64,000 bases of DNA from the NCBI GenBank assembly GCA_051294905.1, contig CM119371.1:37698001-37762000 (forward strand). The letters run 5' to 3'. The translations under genes were made by a program, and so were the position numbers. This DNA comes from Botryllus schlosseri. Lineage: Eukaryota. The notes under the pieces are model-generated. The model was given only the letters and a program-made list of their open reading frames with translations. It was not told the DNA's origin and did no database searches. How positions within the stretch are numbered: the first letter of the stretch is position 1; each line of letters starts with the position of its first letter. Shown in pieces: positions 37,901-51,504 of this stretch.

Positions 37901-38633
37901 ACTTGACTCGACTTGACTCGACTTGACTCGACTTGACTCGACTTGACTCGACTTGACTCGACTTGACTCGACTTGACTCGACTTGACTCGACTTGACTCG
38001 ACTTGACTCGACTTGACTCGACTTGACTCGACTTGACTCGACTTGACTCGACTTGACTCGACTTGACTTGACCCGAGTCACCTCCAAGAATCGATTGACT
38101 CAACTCGCGTCAAAATCTGCAATGACTAGATATGACTCGTGACTCGAAGGTAGTGACTGGATCCCAACACTGATTCAGGGAAAAATAAAAGTAGATATTG
38201 GCAAAACATGTGTTAAGTACTTAAATAGAAGCAAAATCTACTCCATGAATATCTACTTAACTACCAGTGAAATTTAGTTTCGAATTTACAACTAGATATT
38301 ACATGAAAATTTAGAGGAAGCTTTTTATTTCTAAACTACCAGTAAAGAAACGATTTCTAAGACATGTTCCTGAAATGTTGTAGAGCTCTGATCGAAGTGC
38401 TCGGTGCTGAGGGAATGACTTTCTGGATTGGAGCGAACGGTACTTCAACTGCACCCCCTCCAATGGTCGATACCGCCGAGTTCATCTCTCCGCTGGATGG
38501 TTCTTCAGTGACAGCAGACCCCGCCGGCTTCACTACGGAGTTATCTGACGACAGTTCGACAACGAAAGATGCCAGTTTAGGGCTGCCGTACTGTACTGTC
38601 ACATCTGGTGGGCTTGTGATCGAAAAAAATTGA
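34903..38633 (+). pseudogene. C-type lectin copy C, probably truncated or disrupted
   Basis: Exons 34903-34960, 35017-35045, 35154-35298, 35673-35732, 36639-36796, 38384-38633. The homologous exon-4 donor is out of phase, although an in-frame GTATGT donor lies at 35747. The last exon diverges after ...TELSDDSSTTKD and stops without the CGRV/C/YxCE cysteines. Confidence 0.65.
37791..38070. repeat. Tandem 10-mer array (ACTTGACTCG)n within a GAGTC-type MITE end (element ends at 38172)
   Basis: 18 perfect units at 37881-38060 with degenerate pentamer flanks. This explains the ORFs 37647-38087 and 37774-38103. Confidence 0.95.
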
Positions 38634-38846
38634 TTCTGATCCAAATCCAGAATTTACTTCGCCGTAATGGGAATGCCAGCTACCGCAACTTCAGTAGTCA
38701 CTCCGAATAAACAGTATGCTTTAGTTCTTCATCTGGCCATTAATAGTTTCCTAAATAGATATGGTAGTCTTATAGCTGACGATTGGAGCACAATAATTAT
38801 TGAAACTGGTTTTTGAAGAGCTTCTTGGAGGTACAGAACTTCAATA

Positions 38847-39132
38847 TACAATTAAATAGTATATTCATATTGAAATGAACCCGAATATTTTCGGCTGACA
38901 CTCGTCAGGGGTAATCGTCAGCAACTAGTAGAGAATTGGAAAGAACATTGTATATCAACAATCGTATCACAAAATATTTTGAATTTCATGCTGGTGACGT
39001 CATATTTTGTGATACGATTGTTGATATACAATGTTCTTTCCAATTCTCTACTAGTTGCTGACGATTACCCCTGACGAGTGTCAGCCGAAAATATTCGGGT
39101 TCATTTCAATATGAATATACTATTTAATTGTA
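38847..39132. repeat. Perfect 131-bp inverted repeat with a 24-bp spacer
   Basis: 38847-38977 is the exact reverse complement of 39002-39132. Confidence 0.95.
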
Positions 39133-41279
39133 AACTGGTTTTTATCGAAAGCTTATGTCTTACTGGTTCCGAAAATACCAATTAAAGATTGACCTGGTAA
39201 TGAAATTACCCTGAAAGCGCCCTCAAGACTGAACATCGTCATCGTTCCGGAAAATCGCAGCTTCATTGCTATAGTCATTCTGTGGCGGCGCTCCAATTGT
39301 TCGTAACAATGCAGATTTGCAGGGTTTGATACAGTGTCATGATCTCATTTTAAGTTATATTATCGTAATCAGTGTAACAGCAACTTTCAGTTAAGAACAG
39401 TTTCAATAAATTTTGCTGTCAGGTCTCCATGCAGATATGGGATTACCAACAATGATGTTTTTGGCCTGTGCAGCAGGAACGAAAACTTTTTAGAACACGG
39501 TAATCTAATCTTATGTTTTCAACTTCGAATCCAACATTGAATGAGATTTGTTCGAAAGTGGCATGGAAATTGAAAACTTCCGAATTTTTTGTATTCGAGT
39601 CCAAATCCAATTATTGCTTGAAAGTGATCGTAAATCCCAACCTGATATAAATCCCGCGAATGTCATCGAATATGTTTTTTTTAATCCATACTAGTCTCAT
39701 TTGGGTTAGGACTTCGATTTTAATAAAAAAGATTTGAGGACTTTGAATGGATTTGGATCGGTTGACCAGGTGAAATGCAGGAATTTCCGAATACAGTCCC
39801 GATAAAAATGATTTAAAAATTCGGATTCAGTTATCTGCCTAAATATAAGCAGCACCGTTCTTCGACACGGGCGATCTATTTTGACGTCATTGCGTAGTTA
39901 GAACGCAGTTGTAATGAATTCTCATACCTTTCGAATTTTATGACTCATATTTTTGACGACAATTAACTTTTCCAAACCTTTGCTTATTCGTTATCAAATA
40001 TATCCAACTTAAAAAATATCTCTTAGTGTCTGAGTTGATCAGAAGACAGGAAATGTTGTACAAGTGAAAACGTTCTTCCCATGCGTGACTTGATTGATGT
40101 TCAGGAAAAGATATGGAAGGCTGAGTTATAATTTTGTGCTGAATCTGAAGGAACGGGTTACGGGGTCACCGAGTAATCGGCTTTTAAGGCGAAAAGTCAT
40201 TGAAGTCGTCAGATTCAAGCTGTTAATCGTGACGCAAAAAGTTTGTTTCGCTCGAAGATTATCTGAAGCTGTTTGTTGACAATTTTAATCCGGCGAAATA
40301 GTTTGTTTATATTTGGAGTCTGATTTTGTACGTCATCAGGGGCGAATCATGAAACTATGTTACATCGTATACTTCCAACCAGAGTCAAGCAGTAACGGAA
40401 TGCGTCTACTGTTTAGGATTGCGAAAGAAGATACTTTAACTACGATTTTATACTACATCCCATTCTAATTCAATAATTTTCAGCATTTTCTGAAATCGCT
40501 ACTCCTTCTTGTACCGGAGTATAAATTGATAGTCGATTCCGATTCAAGTGCTCCAATCATTGTGCCTATCCCGCATTGTGACTTGTTTGTGGCGAGAGTG
40601 AGAAAAGATACAGTTGGTATATTAATTTACGGATTCGGGTATGGTATTATTTGTGAGCTATTCTTCAGATGGTACTCTCCAGGGTTGAATGTAAAACAAA
40701 ACGCTGTTTTGAAAAACACTTTCTTTACAACATGTTTTAAACAGTGTTTTAAACAGATTTCCTTCTGAAAAAATTGAAATAGCGCTTTTTTTCTAATCTA
40801 TAACTATGCCATAATTGTGTATATACTTTCGGTAGACATGTGGTAAAAGCCTATACTGACGATTTGCACCCAACATAGCCGACGTATATGATATGGAATG
40901 GCTGGAACTCTCTAAATCGTCATTGGGTCGACAGTTATAGCAAGTAGGTATAGATGATTGGTACGGAATGGATGATTTAATGACGATGCTCTGATCTGAA
41001 AAATGCTTCATAACGATGTAATCCTGGTTTTAAAGATATTTTTGACCTGTTTATGACAGCGGTCGGAAACATTTTTCGATGAAGGAGCCATATTTACCCT
41101 ATATTTTAATTGTTAATGTCAATTTACTGTGACGTCACAATTGAATATTCGTGACGTCATGGCTAGAAAAAATAGGAAAAAGCATGTTTCAAACAAGGAC
41201 CATGTTTTAAGCATGCTTGTTTTAAATGGATTTACGTTTTAAATGTAACCTTAGTCCAACCTAAGTGCGGATAACACAG

Positions 41280-43000
41280 TGTTTCTCGTAGATGACATTC
41301 GTGGTGGATTTTCATATCTTTCGAAATTATTATCTCGTATTTGTTATGGCAAATGACTTTTCGTAAGCTTTGTTTATTCAATATAAAATATATCCAATTT
41401 TGGCAAGATCTTTCGGTACGTGAGTTGATCAGAAGACAGAAAAAGAAGTTGAAAATGAGTTTTGAGCACATAGATGCGTTCGGTTCGTGAAATTAGTTTG
41501 CGGGAGTGTTTGAAAGCATGCTGCGCAGGCTTAGCATGTTGCTATGTTTTGACTTATCAGAGATTCTCAACAACGTCTCCTGCATGCAATGCACGGTGAC
41601 CAGCATTGCAATCGAACCAGTCTCGGGACTCAATTCTACCCAGACTTCCATTCCTAGCGATTTGACTATACCTCTGGTACGGATCAGAATGGTTTGATTG
41701 TTGTTGTTATGTCTCTGGCAGGGAACAACAACTCGGGTGATCCAATCGAGTATTAATTGCAGATATATTCGAATCGAGTAATGAGAGATCATTTTCCAAG
41801 TAATAGAATTGTAAGCCACTCGGAACTATGAGGTAATTCATCAACAAGAATTATAGTTTCGACACTTTTTTATACCGTGCAAGCCACTGGGATAGTGTAG
41901 CATTTGTAGAATTGAACTGCTGCGCTGGTTCGTTGTAGTTTGTACGAAAAACCTATCGTTATTTGATGGAGCAATATATTTTAGAATAAAACATAGCAAC
42001 CTGATGACAAATTTGTTTGAAACGAGATCGACCAACGAGGCGACAATCACAAAGCCCAGGGGGCGATACACATTTTATGAGAAGTGTTGCCGAGTGTTGC
42101 TCTCATCCTTTCCAATACTAGTCGTTATACTGGTCGTGTTCTATCAATGGATTTTTTCCAGCGTTTACTTATCAACATGAAGTGTGACATCACTTCTTCA
42201 TTATTCGAGGATGGTAAATCGCAAAATCATCGCTTTGCTAGTGCTCGAATCCAAATAGAGAATCAGTTTTGGTGATTCGAACAACGTAATGATATGATTC
42301 TTCAATATTTTAGAGACGGAAATTGGGTTTGCGAAATTTACTTTAAACTTTGTAAAACAGTCGTCAAGAGGTAGCATATCATTCAATACGTGCCACACAA
42401 AACTGCAATATTCGTGGTGAATATTGAACGACTTGCGGTGTTGACTCAAAGCACTATATTACAAATTTTAAATAAGTCATACAAATATATCTATCGGCAA
42501 TATTTACATCGTGGTCGCGTCAAAAGTATATATTTGGACACATCAAGGTCAAAGTCACTCTTCGTGTAATTACGTCATTAGAGTGTCACACGACTGGAAG
42601 ATCTTGATTCACTCAGATACTCGCTTTTGCCAAGACCTATAAATGAGCGGTGATTTCGTAACATGGCATCGTATCGAATCACAGCGAAGTGAAAGCCAAC
42701 TCTTCCCATCTTTACAGTTCGGCCCTCGGGGAGAGTCGGATCCTACTCCGAAGCCGGTAGACGATGGTACCGCAACCCCGTGATTTTCAAGGCGTTCATC
42801 TTCACGATAAGGTAATTTTAGGGCGCTGCCTTTCTTTGCGTCGTTTTCTCTCACTCCTGTTTGAGAGGTGTCGCATTTCGTGCCGCCGAAGTCGGTACGG
42901 GCGGCGGTGAACACCCAGGCTCTTATTTCAACAATCACGTGCTCAAATTGAATTTTGCGTTGCGCATCGCGTAAAATCGACAAAATTGGGCGATTATCTT
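41280..43000 (-). pseudogene. Paralog of the decayed minus-strand unit
   Basis: ORF-track fragments 41232-41471 (LLINSRT...WIYFILNKQSLRKVICHNKYE...KDMKIHHECHLRET), 41841-42071 (LGFVIVASLVDLVSNK) and 42609-42983 (KKGSALK...DERLEN) correspond to frames at 15000-16850. Confidence 0.4.
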
Positions 43001-43609
43001 CATTCGCCTTGGCTTTAACATTAACTCAAGTCACACACGCCTACAGGAGAATCAAATATCATATTAGGAGGATCATGTACAGAAGATTGATTTAAATCGT
43101 ATATGCTCCGTGCACGTCCTAAAACGAGACGTGCTGTTGAAGTCAAATCAATTGCTTTAAAGTAAAGATAGCAGGTTTTTAAGTGAGTTTAACACTGAGC
43201 TTGTTTAGATACGATTTGAGTTGTTGACGAAGTTTAAGGATGTGATATGTATTTGAGTGTATTTCGCGACACAGGCATAGCTGCCACCCACCGCTCAGCT
43301 TTTAGCCACGAACGGTATTCTTTTTGTAGAAAAAAGGGAAAATTTTAGTTGTCTTATGCTCCTTCTCATTTGCTCCTTGTCACTTTCGAGAGCATAAAAG
43401 TGTTTACATAGTTGTTGCACGAGTCACAGTCGTGAGATCGACTAGCATAACGAGTGCCAGGTTCGATACGTGAGTTGCCTGTAGACTGATGTGTTAGAAT
43501 TTTCGGTTGGAACCGAATGTTAGTGATGTTTCATTCGTTCATTCTCTATTGGATCCGCCTATCCTAAACAAATGGGGCGAGCTATGCCGGGGTCATTGGT
43601 TTACGCAGA

Positions 43610-43815
43610 GTTTGTTTGTTTGTTTGTTTTATTACAGCATTGGCGCTTATCGCACATATGGTTATTTGCGCCCAGCACATGAATTGCATTAACACAATGG
43701 TCTTTTGCGGTCTTGCTTCGTCTTTCTGGTTATTAGCTGCCATCTTTCCAGAGTTCGGCTCTCTCTTCTGGGCTTTTCAAGGCGCTGTATATACAGCGAG
43801 ATCGGCGATGAGGAG
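43610..43815 (-). mobile_element. Possible LINE (RTE-like) 3' end with a (CAAA)n tail; related fragment at about 46500-46730
   Basis: Both sites share CAGCGAGATCGGCGATGAGGAG and flanking similarity. Minus frames are basic and Cys-containing, and there is a microsatellite tail. Confidence 0.35.
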
Positions 43816-44184
43816 GTTTACGCAGAGTGATTCGCTGTCAATTGGAAATGGAAAATCTCAGTTACGGAGAAGAGATATGGTGCCGACGCACAGCGCTGTC
43901 AGTGCGTCGCCTTATATAGTGCGCATGAGCCTGAAAAATGGTAGACATCTCGCTACCGACGCAATATTTGAACTTAATATGAAGAGCAGGTTATCCAAAT
44001 TATATTTCTCTTAAGGCACACTACGCCAGTGCAAACGGCCTCCTATCTATTTAATTTGTGTGCGATCGCTGTACATCAAACATCCCGGGAACGATGTTGT
44101 GCTTGCATAAGAAAACACCCTAAGACTGCTGATCTTCCGTATCTTTATCCTTGCATTCTGAATTCCATAGCTTGTAGATTCGAA

Positions 44185-47100
44185 ATGAAGTTTGCTATTA
44201 TTTGCTTCGCCATTTTCGTTTACGCGGCCTGCGCTTCTGAAGGTGAGTATTCTGCCTCATGTTTCATTGAACAAAAGCGTCTGATTCTGATTTTCACAGA
44301 AAGCGACAACGCACCGATTGCGCACCACGTGAGTCGTTTGACTATTTCGTTACAAAGACGCGAGCATTCACGTCGCCCATTTCTTCGGAAAATCAAATCG
44401 AGTGCATATTCCTCGCAGCTACAGACTACAAACCTCTTTTTAGGCAGGGCATGATGGTCTTCAAGGCGACGGATACGTACCCTACGGCACCAATCAGGCC
44501 AACCAAGGACCCGTCTACAGACAGCCGCAACCACAACGTCAAGCTTATGTGCCTCAACCTCGGCGTAACGGCCTCTTAGACAATCCCCTCATGCTCATAG
44601 TCTTATTAGGTGAGTGTTCTAATTCTAACGTGATTATTGGGGGCAAATCAACTGTAGTCATTATCCATGATATTCCAGAACGTATTTTTGAGAAATTCAC
44701 TGTATCATGTTTCAGGGCTATTGAATCCGTCCACAACTACAGCCGAAACGACCACCATGGCGGCAACGACCACAGCTACTCCAGTGAGATTTTACGAGCA
44801 TTTAATCCACCATATGTTCGACTTGCTGGTCTGATCCGACATGAAAAATAATAATTAAACAACAGTGACGGATAACTATATCACATTCGGTCTCATGTAA
44901 TATGACATTGTATCACCATAGTTTCCTGTATGGTGTGGACACAGCGAGATTGAACGGCTCACTGCATTTGGGTTACGTCATACTTTCCATTTGCCCAAAG
45001 GCAACTTTACTGCCATTTTTGACCGGCTTACCGAGTGCTACCAACTATGGTAACACTGTTGATGGGTCATGAACATCAAATAATTTCTGTTATACTACTC
45101 TACTGGTACCGTCGGACAATGTCAGTTCGAAAAGAATCATGAATTTAAGTTCTTTCATGAGTAGGCCTATTGGATTTTTTTGTTGGGGGTGGGGGGTTAT
45201 CGCAGTGGTCGGAAACCTATGACTCGCGAGCCATATATGGCTCCTTTGGGTATAAGATATGGCTATTTGCCAAATATTTATTTTTGTACTGAATTGATCA
45301 AAATTTCAGCGACTTGTTGGTAAATTTTCAATACGGCCAGAATAATTTGTATCGTGGCAGTATAAACATGTCTTTGGTAGGTAAAGACGATGTCGTCTTC
45401 TGGTTTAGGGACTCGGACCATCTCTTTTCAAAATCCTCAAATTTAAATTACTGTCACGCCGACGGCCAATATCACTCGCGAATTCCATGTACTCGACTCG
45501 AAATCTTTAACTGTGCGGTACGTTAATTTAATCAAGGAGTATATACAGGGTTGCCATACCGTCCTTATTTCTAAGATTTGTCCTTATTTTGAAGGGCCAC
45601 GTCTTAGAAAACTAAACTGTCCTTATTTCTAAGAATTGTCCTTAATTTCGAATTGCGTCCTTAGTTTGTCTTATTTTCGACAACTACAGAACTTCGGTCG
45701 TCTTCCTCTGGTATCTGTGTAGCATAATATTCTAAAATTATGCTTTTGCGTCGAGATTCTATGGCATCATAAATGAAAGGAACACCGGTGGCGTACGCAC
45801 CTCAGGATTTGACTTCGAAGTGGTGAGATAGCTAGGACACTGAGGGCTATAGCAGTTTCTGTTGTATCAAGTTATCGCCGCGGACGTCATTTTAGCAGTA
45901 CACAGCAGTACCAGGTTTCTGCTCTGTTTAGTCTACGCAGAATAAGCTGTGGAAAAAGTAAATATTGCGTCCTGAAAAAGGGTGAGCTGCAGTCGACACT
46001 TGGGTTACCCATCATCGCAACAAAGTTTGCTTCGGCCCGGACCAAATGCTGTTTTGGTCCTTAGCAGGACTGTAACTGCCGCATCCCTAACCCCCCAACT
46101 GGGGGGGGGGCGAGCTCGAAGGGGACCCAAAATTATTTCGTGAATTAGCATAAATGATAGCGTATTATTTGAAAATTCATGCAACTTAAAAATTCGCGCA
46201 AGCCGTGATTTCAAGTTGCCATATATCTTGATTATTTGGTGCTCTGCCCCCAAGAAAAAACACGCAAGATTTATAGATATGGACATATCGGCGTTGGCCA
46301 TTACCGCGCCACGACGCACCAAGACAAAGATTTAGGACATAATACATGCAACTCCAAGAAGAATGCCAGAACGATTGGCAGCGCGAAAACCTTGGCATGC
46401 CAGAAAAAAACTGCGCTTACGCTCACCGAAAACCTCGTTATATATAGCCTACATTATATAAAACCATATCGGTTGAATTGTCCATAGACGACTAAACAGT
46501 GGCACTTATCGCCTGTGTAGGCCTTGTACGCCACGACAATGCATTTAGTACAGTTCAGTATCTTTGCTTTCGGTCTTCTGCTCTTTTCCATGCTCGCGCA
46601 CTCCCACACATTCATTCTTGCTTTCCTCGCGTTCACTTCGGGTCTCTGCTGCCTTCTTTGGAGCTCGGCTCACTCTGCCTCTGGGATGCAGTGCACTGCG
46701 TTAGCAGCGAGATCGGCGATGAGGAGCCCAGATAGACGTCTAAATGACTGGCGCCGAATGTTCCTGCCTTGGCAATTTGAACCTCAGAAGACAAATAGCT
46801 TCTCGCAGGAAAAAATTATTTGCCAATGAAGAAATACCAATTTGAAATCGTGTGCGTCTTTTAGTTTAGTACGTTTGGGCGATTCTATATTTTTTGATAT
46901 AGCAGACAGGAGGTCACGAAACAACTTCATGTAACGAAGTCATATCAACGGGTCCGCCCGCCCGAAGATGCTTAATTATTATTGACGGGCCCTAGAGCTT
47001 CCAAGACACCACACTCAGCTTTACCGGTATACCTGATAACGTGAGCAGAGAGGACAAGAAATTGGTAGCAATATTTATGCAATTCCTAATCTTATTGACT

Positions 47101-49034
47101 GAATTTATCATGAATTATCGAAAATTTTCGCGCCTCGCGCTGGATCACTAAACAGGACACCTACTTTTGTGGCAAAAGCGAACAACGTGATGGGGTGGGG
47201 GGTCGGTTTATTACCTTATCGCAGCGCAAGACCCGAGCTATTTTGGGGGGCCTGACGAAGTGCTGTTCCATTCCTGCCAACGGGTATACGCCCGGAGATG
47301 TTTAATTATTACTGAGGGGTCCTACCTTTTCAAACACACCTCCCTCAGCTCTGTCAGTAATTGATAGCAATACATATGCAATTTCCGATCATACTGCATG
47401 ACTGCAATCATGAATTATTGAAATTTTTCGCGCTTCGCGAGTCCAGGCGAGAATAGGTCCCTCACTTAACGGACAACCAATATAGATGACAAGTAACGGC
47501 AAATAGCGGACAGGTAAAGGCGGGTCTGGAGGGCGGATTCCCCCAAAAGACCGGTTTATCACCCTATGGGGACCCAAGACCCACGTTTGGGGGGGGGTGG
47601 CGTGACGAAGTGCTGTCACGGCCCTGGTCCTGAGTAAAAGTAAACCTAGACCTGAGCTGTCGCCAGATCCACGGATCACTTTATAATAACAAGGAGTTGC
47701 TGGACTAGGTTTTTTTCTGGCGAAAAGTATGGAATGCGATATGGCACGGCTCGTATAAATAGAACATATGTATAAAAACGCGTTTAATGCTAATATAACT
47801 TTTCGACTGTCCTTATTTTTGGGTCCATGTCGTTGGCAACCCTGAGTATATAGCATATATGGCGACGCCCATATCAAAACGCAGTTTCCAAATACACCTT
47901 ATCTCCCAGATTCAATGCGTGAAATGAACTGCCGTGGACTTGACATTCACAATGACAAACCCTAATTACAAACAACGCCATAACTATCCACGTTTTGATT
48001 GGTAATTAAAGCTCTGTGTAGTAACTGGCGATAAAATGTAGGCGTGTAGCGCGACGTTATGTTACCACCGAATACTTTGAGAATGGAGAAGACGATAAGT
48101 ATTAAGATTTTCCGAATCAGTGTGACAGTCATATTTGATTAATATCAGTTATATCAATGGTGAGGCCCGTCAGTGCCTTATCTTTTCGTTTCGAGCTTTA
48201 TTTCCCAACAATAAATGTACCAGGTTTTACAGAGAATATATGGCGCACACGAGGAATTCCGTATAGTGATTTCGAATTAGTGCTACCATAACGTCATGAA
48301 TTTTAAATTGTGACGTAGCAGTTGATTGGCATGTATGGCTCTCTGGGAGTTGAGATGGAAAAAATAGGGTCAATATGGCTCTTCGGACAAAAAAGTTCCC
48401 GACCACTAGTATATCTGAACCAGCAGGAAAATCAATCAATAAATAGATAGTTCGACAACTTGCATCTGCTGTAAATATGTTGCTTTCCTCTTCGTTGACA
48501 ATTCAATGATCTGTTTTCTTCAGAACCCTTTTGAAGGCTGGACTAAGGTAGGTGAATGTTACTACCTATTGTCCGATACTACCACTACCTGGAACGCTGC
48601 CCAAAACGAATGTGCAGGAGCCATAGCCAACGGTAGACTCGCGGTAACCGGTTTCGAAGTGACGCCAACTGAGAGAACGTGAGATGGTATTCTTGGGTAA
48701 CTTTCGAACTTAATTCCCAGCTTTTCTATGTTATTTTAGGGCTCTGATCGGTGCGGTTAGCGCTACTGGAGTTACTTTCTTTATTGGAACGGATGGCGTG
48801 ACGACTGGTTGTTCTCCAGGCCCCTGCATTCTTGGCAGCGAAGCGTTTATAGATCCGTCAGATGGAACCTCCGTGACAACAGGAGACCCGGCTTTCAATA
48901 CTGAGCTCGCTGATAGTGTGACTGGTGACGGCGCAGTGTGTGGGCGCGTTGATGCCGCCGAAGATGACACCCTGGTATATGAAGACTGCGACACCACAGC
49001 CCGTCGCTACATGTGCGAAGTTTGCATGGGATAA
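44185..49034 (+). CDS. Secreted atypical C-type lectin domain protein, copy E (6 exons, 256 aa predicted)
   Basis: Exons 44185-44242, 44300-44328, 44444-44609, 44716-44783, 48524-48678, 48740-49034 total 771 nt with an open frame: MKFAIICFAIFVYAACA...QGPVYRQPQPQRQAYVPQPRR...NPLMLIVLLGLL...STTTAETTTMAATTTATP...WTKVGECYYLLSDTTTTWNAAQNECAG...GRLAV...TFFIG...CGRVD...EDCDTTARRYMCEVCMG. All introns are GT-AG. Confidence 0.85.
45203..48408. mobile_element. hAT (Charlie-like) MITE in intron 4 of copy E
   Basis: CAGTGGTCGGAAAC / GTTCCCGACCACTA with ATGGCTC subterminal repeats. The TSD is degenerate. Confidence 0.65.
45546..47844. mobile_element. hAT non-autonomous element (nested)
   Basis: CAGGGTTGCCA / TGGCAACCCTG, perfect TSD AGTATATA, GTCCTTA repeats. 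Confidence 0.9.
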
Positions 49035-50992
49035 CCAACCACGAAACGTAGAAGACTACAGATGACTACAAGACATGAACCATCCCACCCTGACCAAGCG
49101 ATGCGATGCCATATTTATCCCCGCCATGCAGTAAGTCCCCTGATGCGCCCATTTTGATGGACTACAAGAAATGGCAGATTTTCTAAATATGGTCCCGAAT
49201 TCGCTATTATATATTCACGATTCTGAGACAAATATAAAAACTTGACCGCCACGAATCGGGTACGATGACCCAGGCATACCGGGTTTACCGGATACGATTT
49301 CATGAAATATTTCACCTATGCTTTTTCAGAGTTCCATTATTGCACTTGGGAGGTAACCGGATCCTGATCCTCATTTTGACGATGGAGCTTTAATGCTCTC
49401 AAAAAACCCGTATCCGGTTACCTGTACGCCATTCTTCGTCAATGATGATCGATGTTGTCGCCATTGGTAGTTGGAAATCAGTGACGAGTGACGTCGTACG
49501 GCGTTTCTCTTGAATAACATTCGTGATGAATTTTCTTATCTTTCGAAATTAATGATTCATATTTTTGATGACAAAGCACTTTTCGAAAGAGTTGTTTATT
49601 CATTATCGAAATATAGCCAATGTTACAAATATATTTCAGTGCGTGAGCTGATCAGAGACCAGGATAATATGTCGTAGAAGTTGAATTTAGCAAGAATGTT
49701 TGAAAGCATACTACACTACGTGTTTGAATTCATTAGAGAATACGCAACAACAGCTGCTTGATGCAGAACACTGTCGCCAGCAATGCGATTGGACCGGCAT
49801 TCTGTAATTTAGAAAGATTAGACCACTTATTCAGTATAGAATACGGGACTCAAGATTCTGGAATGACTTATGACTCAAGTCCACCCAGTCTCCCATTGTT
49901 AACCATTAGGCTACTTCTGGTGAGGGTTGGAATGAGCCACGATGTTGTGGGTCAGTTCTGAAGTACACTTATACGTTAAAAGCGGGTTCGAATCCCGGTT
50001 CTGACCACCTTCTACCTGACGGAGGTTTCACTGGGCTCCTGATCACCGAGCTCAGTAGCGCAGTAGTGCATTGACAATCTTAGACTGAAAGCGAGCCGTG
50101 CTACAAGTCGGCAGAAAATACCACGACGGGGACGGATGGGAGCAAGAGAGACTGACATCTGAGTATTAGAAAGAATGAAAGTCGTCCTCATGATCACGGC
50201 AGCAAACACATATGAGAAGATAGATATAATGGATTATATATACTTACTTACTAGACTGTAGGGTTGCCTTACGTCCGGAATTTGAGTGTTTAAACTTGTG
50301 TCCGAAAGGAATTGTTGAAATATGTCTTACCGTCCGGAATTTTGACGTCGGCTCGTAATTTTTTCGTAAATCAATATATTAACATTATTTTTGGGAATAT
50401 ATATGCTACAGAATACTTTTCGTCGCGCTGCGCGCGATTTACTATCACATTTATTGTTTTTTTTTTATGTGGGGACTACCACCCTAGCAAAAACTGCAAT
50501 AGGATATAAATATCGTTCATGTCCTGAAATAAGCCTAATTGTAATCGCAATTATAGGAGAACTGTATATTCCTAGAGATATTTAAGGATGTTTAGATGCT
50601 TTATTCAAATATAGTGGCTCAAAACGTGGGGGTGGTTTGCCATTATTCTGGGGTTCGCGAAGATGTTGAACGTAATGAGTTTCCCAAATAGCCCGTGAGT
50701 AAATTTGGGCAAAAGAGCCGATTTCTTTTCTTAAGCAACTCGTCAAATTTTGATCTGGGCCGCGGAACATTTTTAAATTGGAGATGGAGTCGCGACCATA
50801 AAAGGTTGGAAACCACTGGATGTGGGGTATAAATATAAAGCTCCATGGTGCGCACCGGCATAAGGCTGACTAACAATCTGATCGGTGTAACATGAACATG
50901 ACTTAACCATGTACAATTACGCGACAAATTAAATCTTTTCTAAATATGTCGCACTAGTAATTGTTGGTAATTTACTGATCTGTCTTCTTCAG

Positions 50993-51504
50993 AACCCGTG
51001 TGAAGGCTAGACTAAGGTGGATGATTGCTGCTATCTATTGCCCTATACTACCGCGACAAGGGTAGCTGTCTAAAACGAATGCGCAGGAGAAATAGACAAA
51101 GGGAGACTCGCAGTGGAGGGTTTTAGCAAGGCGTTGACTGCTAGACAGTGAGATTGTTTTCGTTCGAAGTTTTCTTGACCTTGATTCACACCGCATTGCT
51201 TATACATTGCAAAGGTCCGGTCAACAACTTGGCCGCCAATGGAATGACTTTCTGGCTCGGTGCGAAGGGAGAGGCAGATGATGGCACATTTGGTGTCGTC
51301 AGTACTTTATTTACTGCTCCGTTGTCAGCAGTCAACCCGCAGGCAGGTGTCTTCACCTCCCTTGTGTAGCTATTCGATGGGGCGCCACCTGCCGACGGTG
51401 ACGAATTGTGCGTACGCGTCGACTCCGACAACGATAACCTCGTTGTATTCAGGCCGTGTGCGGACGATGCTCGCTGTTACATGCGCGAAGTTTGTCCATT
51501 ATGA
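50993..51504 (+). pseudogene. Leaderless lectin exon 5+6 pseudogene (copy F)
   Basis: Exon 5 homolog 50993-51147 has stops at 51008 (TGG>TAG) and 51071. The exon 6 homolog has a stop at 51367-51369, then LCVRVDSD...PCADDARCYMREVCPL*. Confidence 0.8.

Noticed and set aside
37791..38070. CRISPR-like array
   Set aside because: Head-to-tail repeats without spacers, no cas genes, and eukaryotic intron/TE context.
37647..38103. ORFs with (VKSSQVESSR)n repeats
   Set aside because: They are translations of the 10-mer tandem repeat within a MITE, with no gene context.
32346..38172. Composite transposon capturing lectin copy C between two inverted CAGTGTTGGGATC ends
   Set aside because: The flanks (CTTTAGAG vs ATTCAGGG) do not form a TSD, and exon 6 lies outside in normal order.
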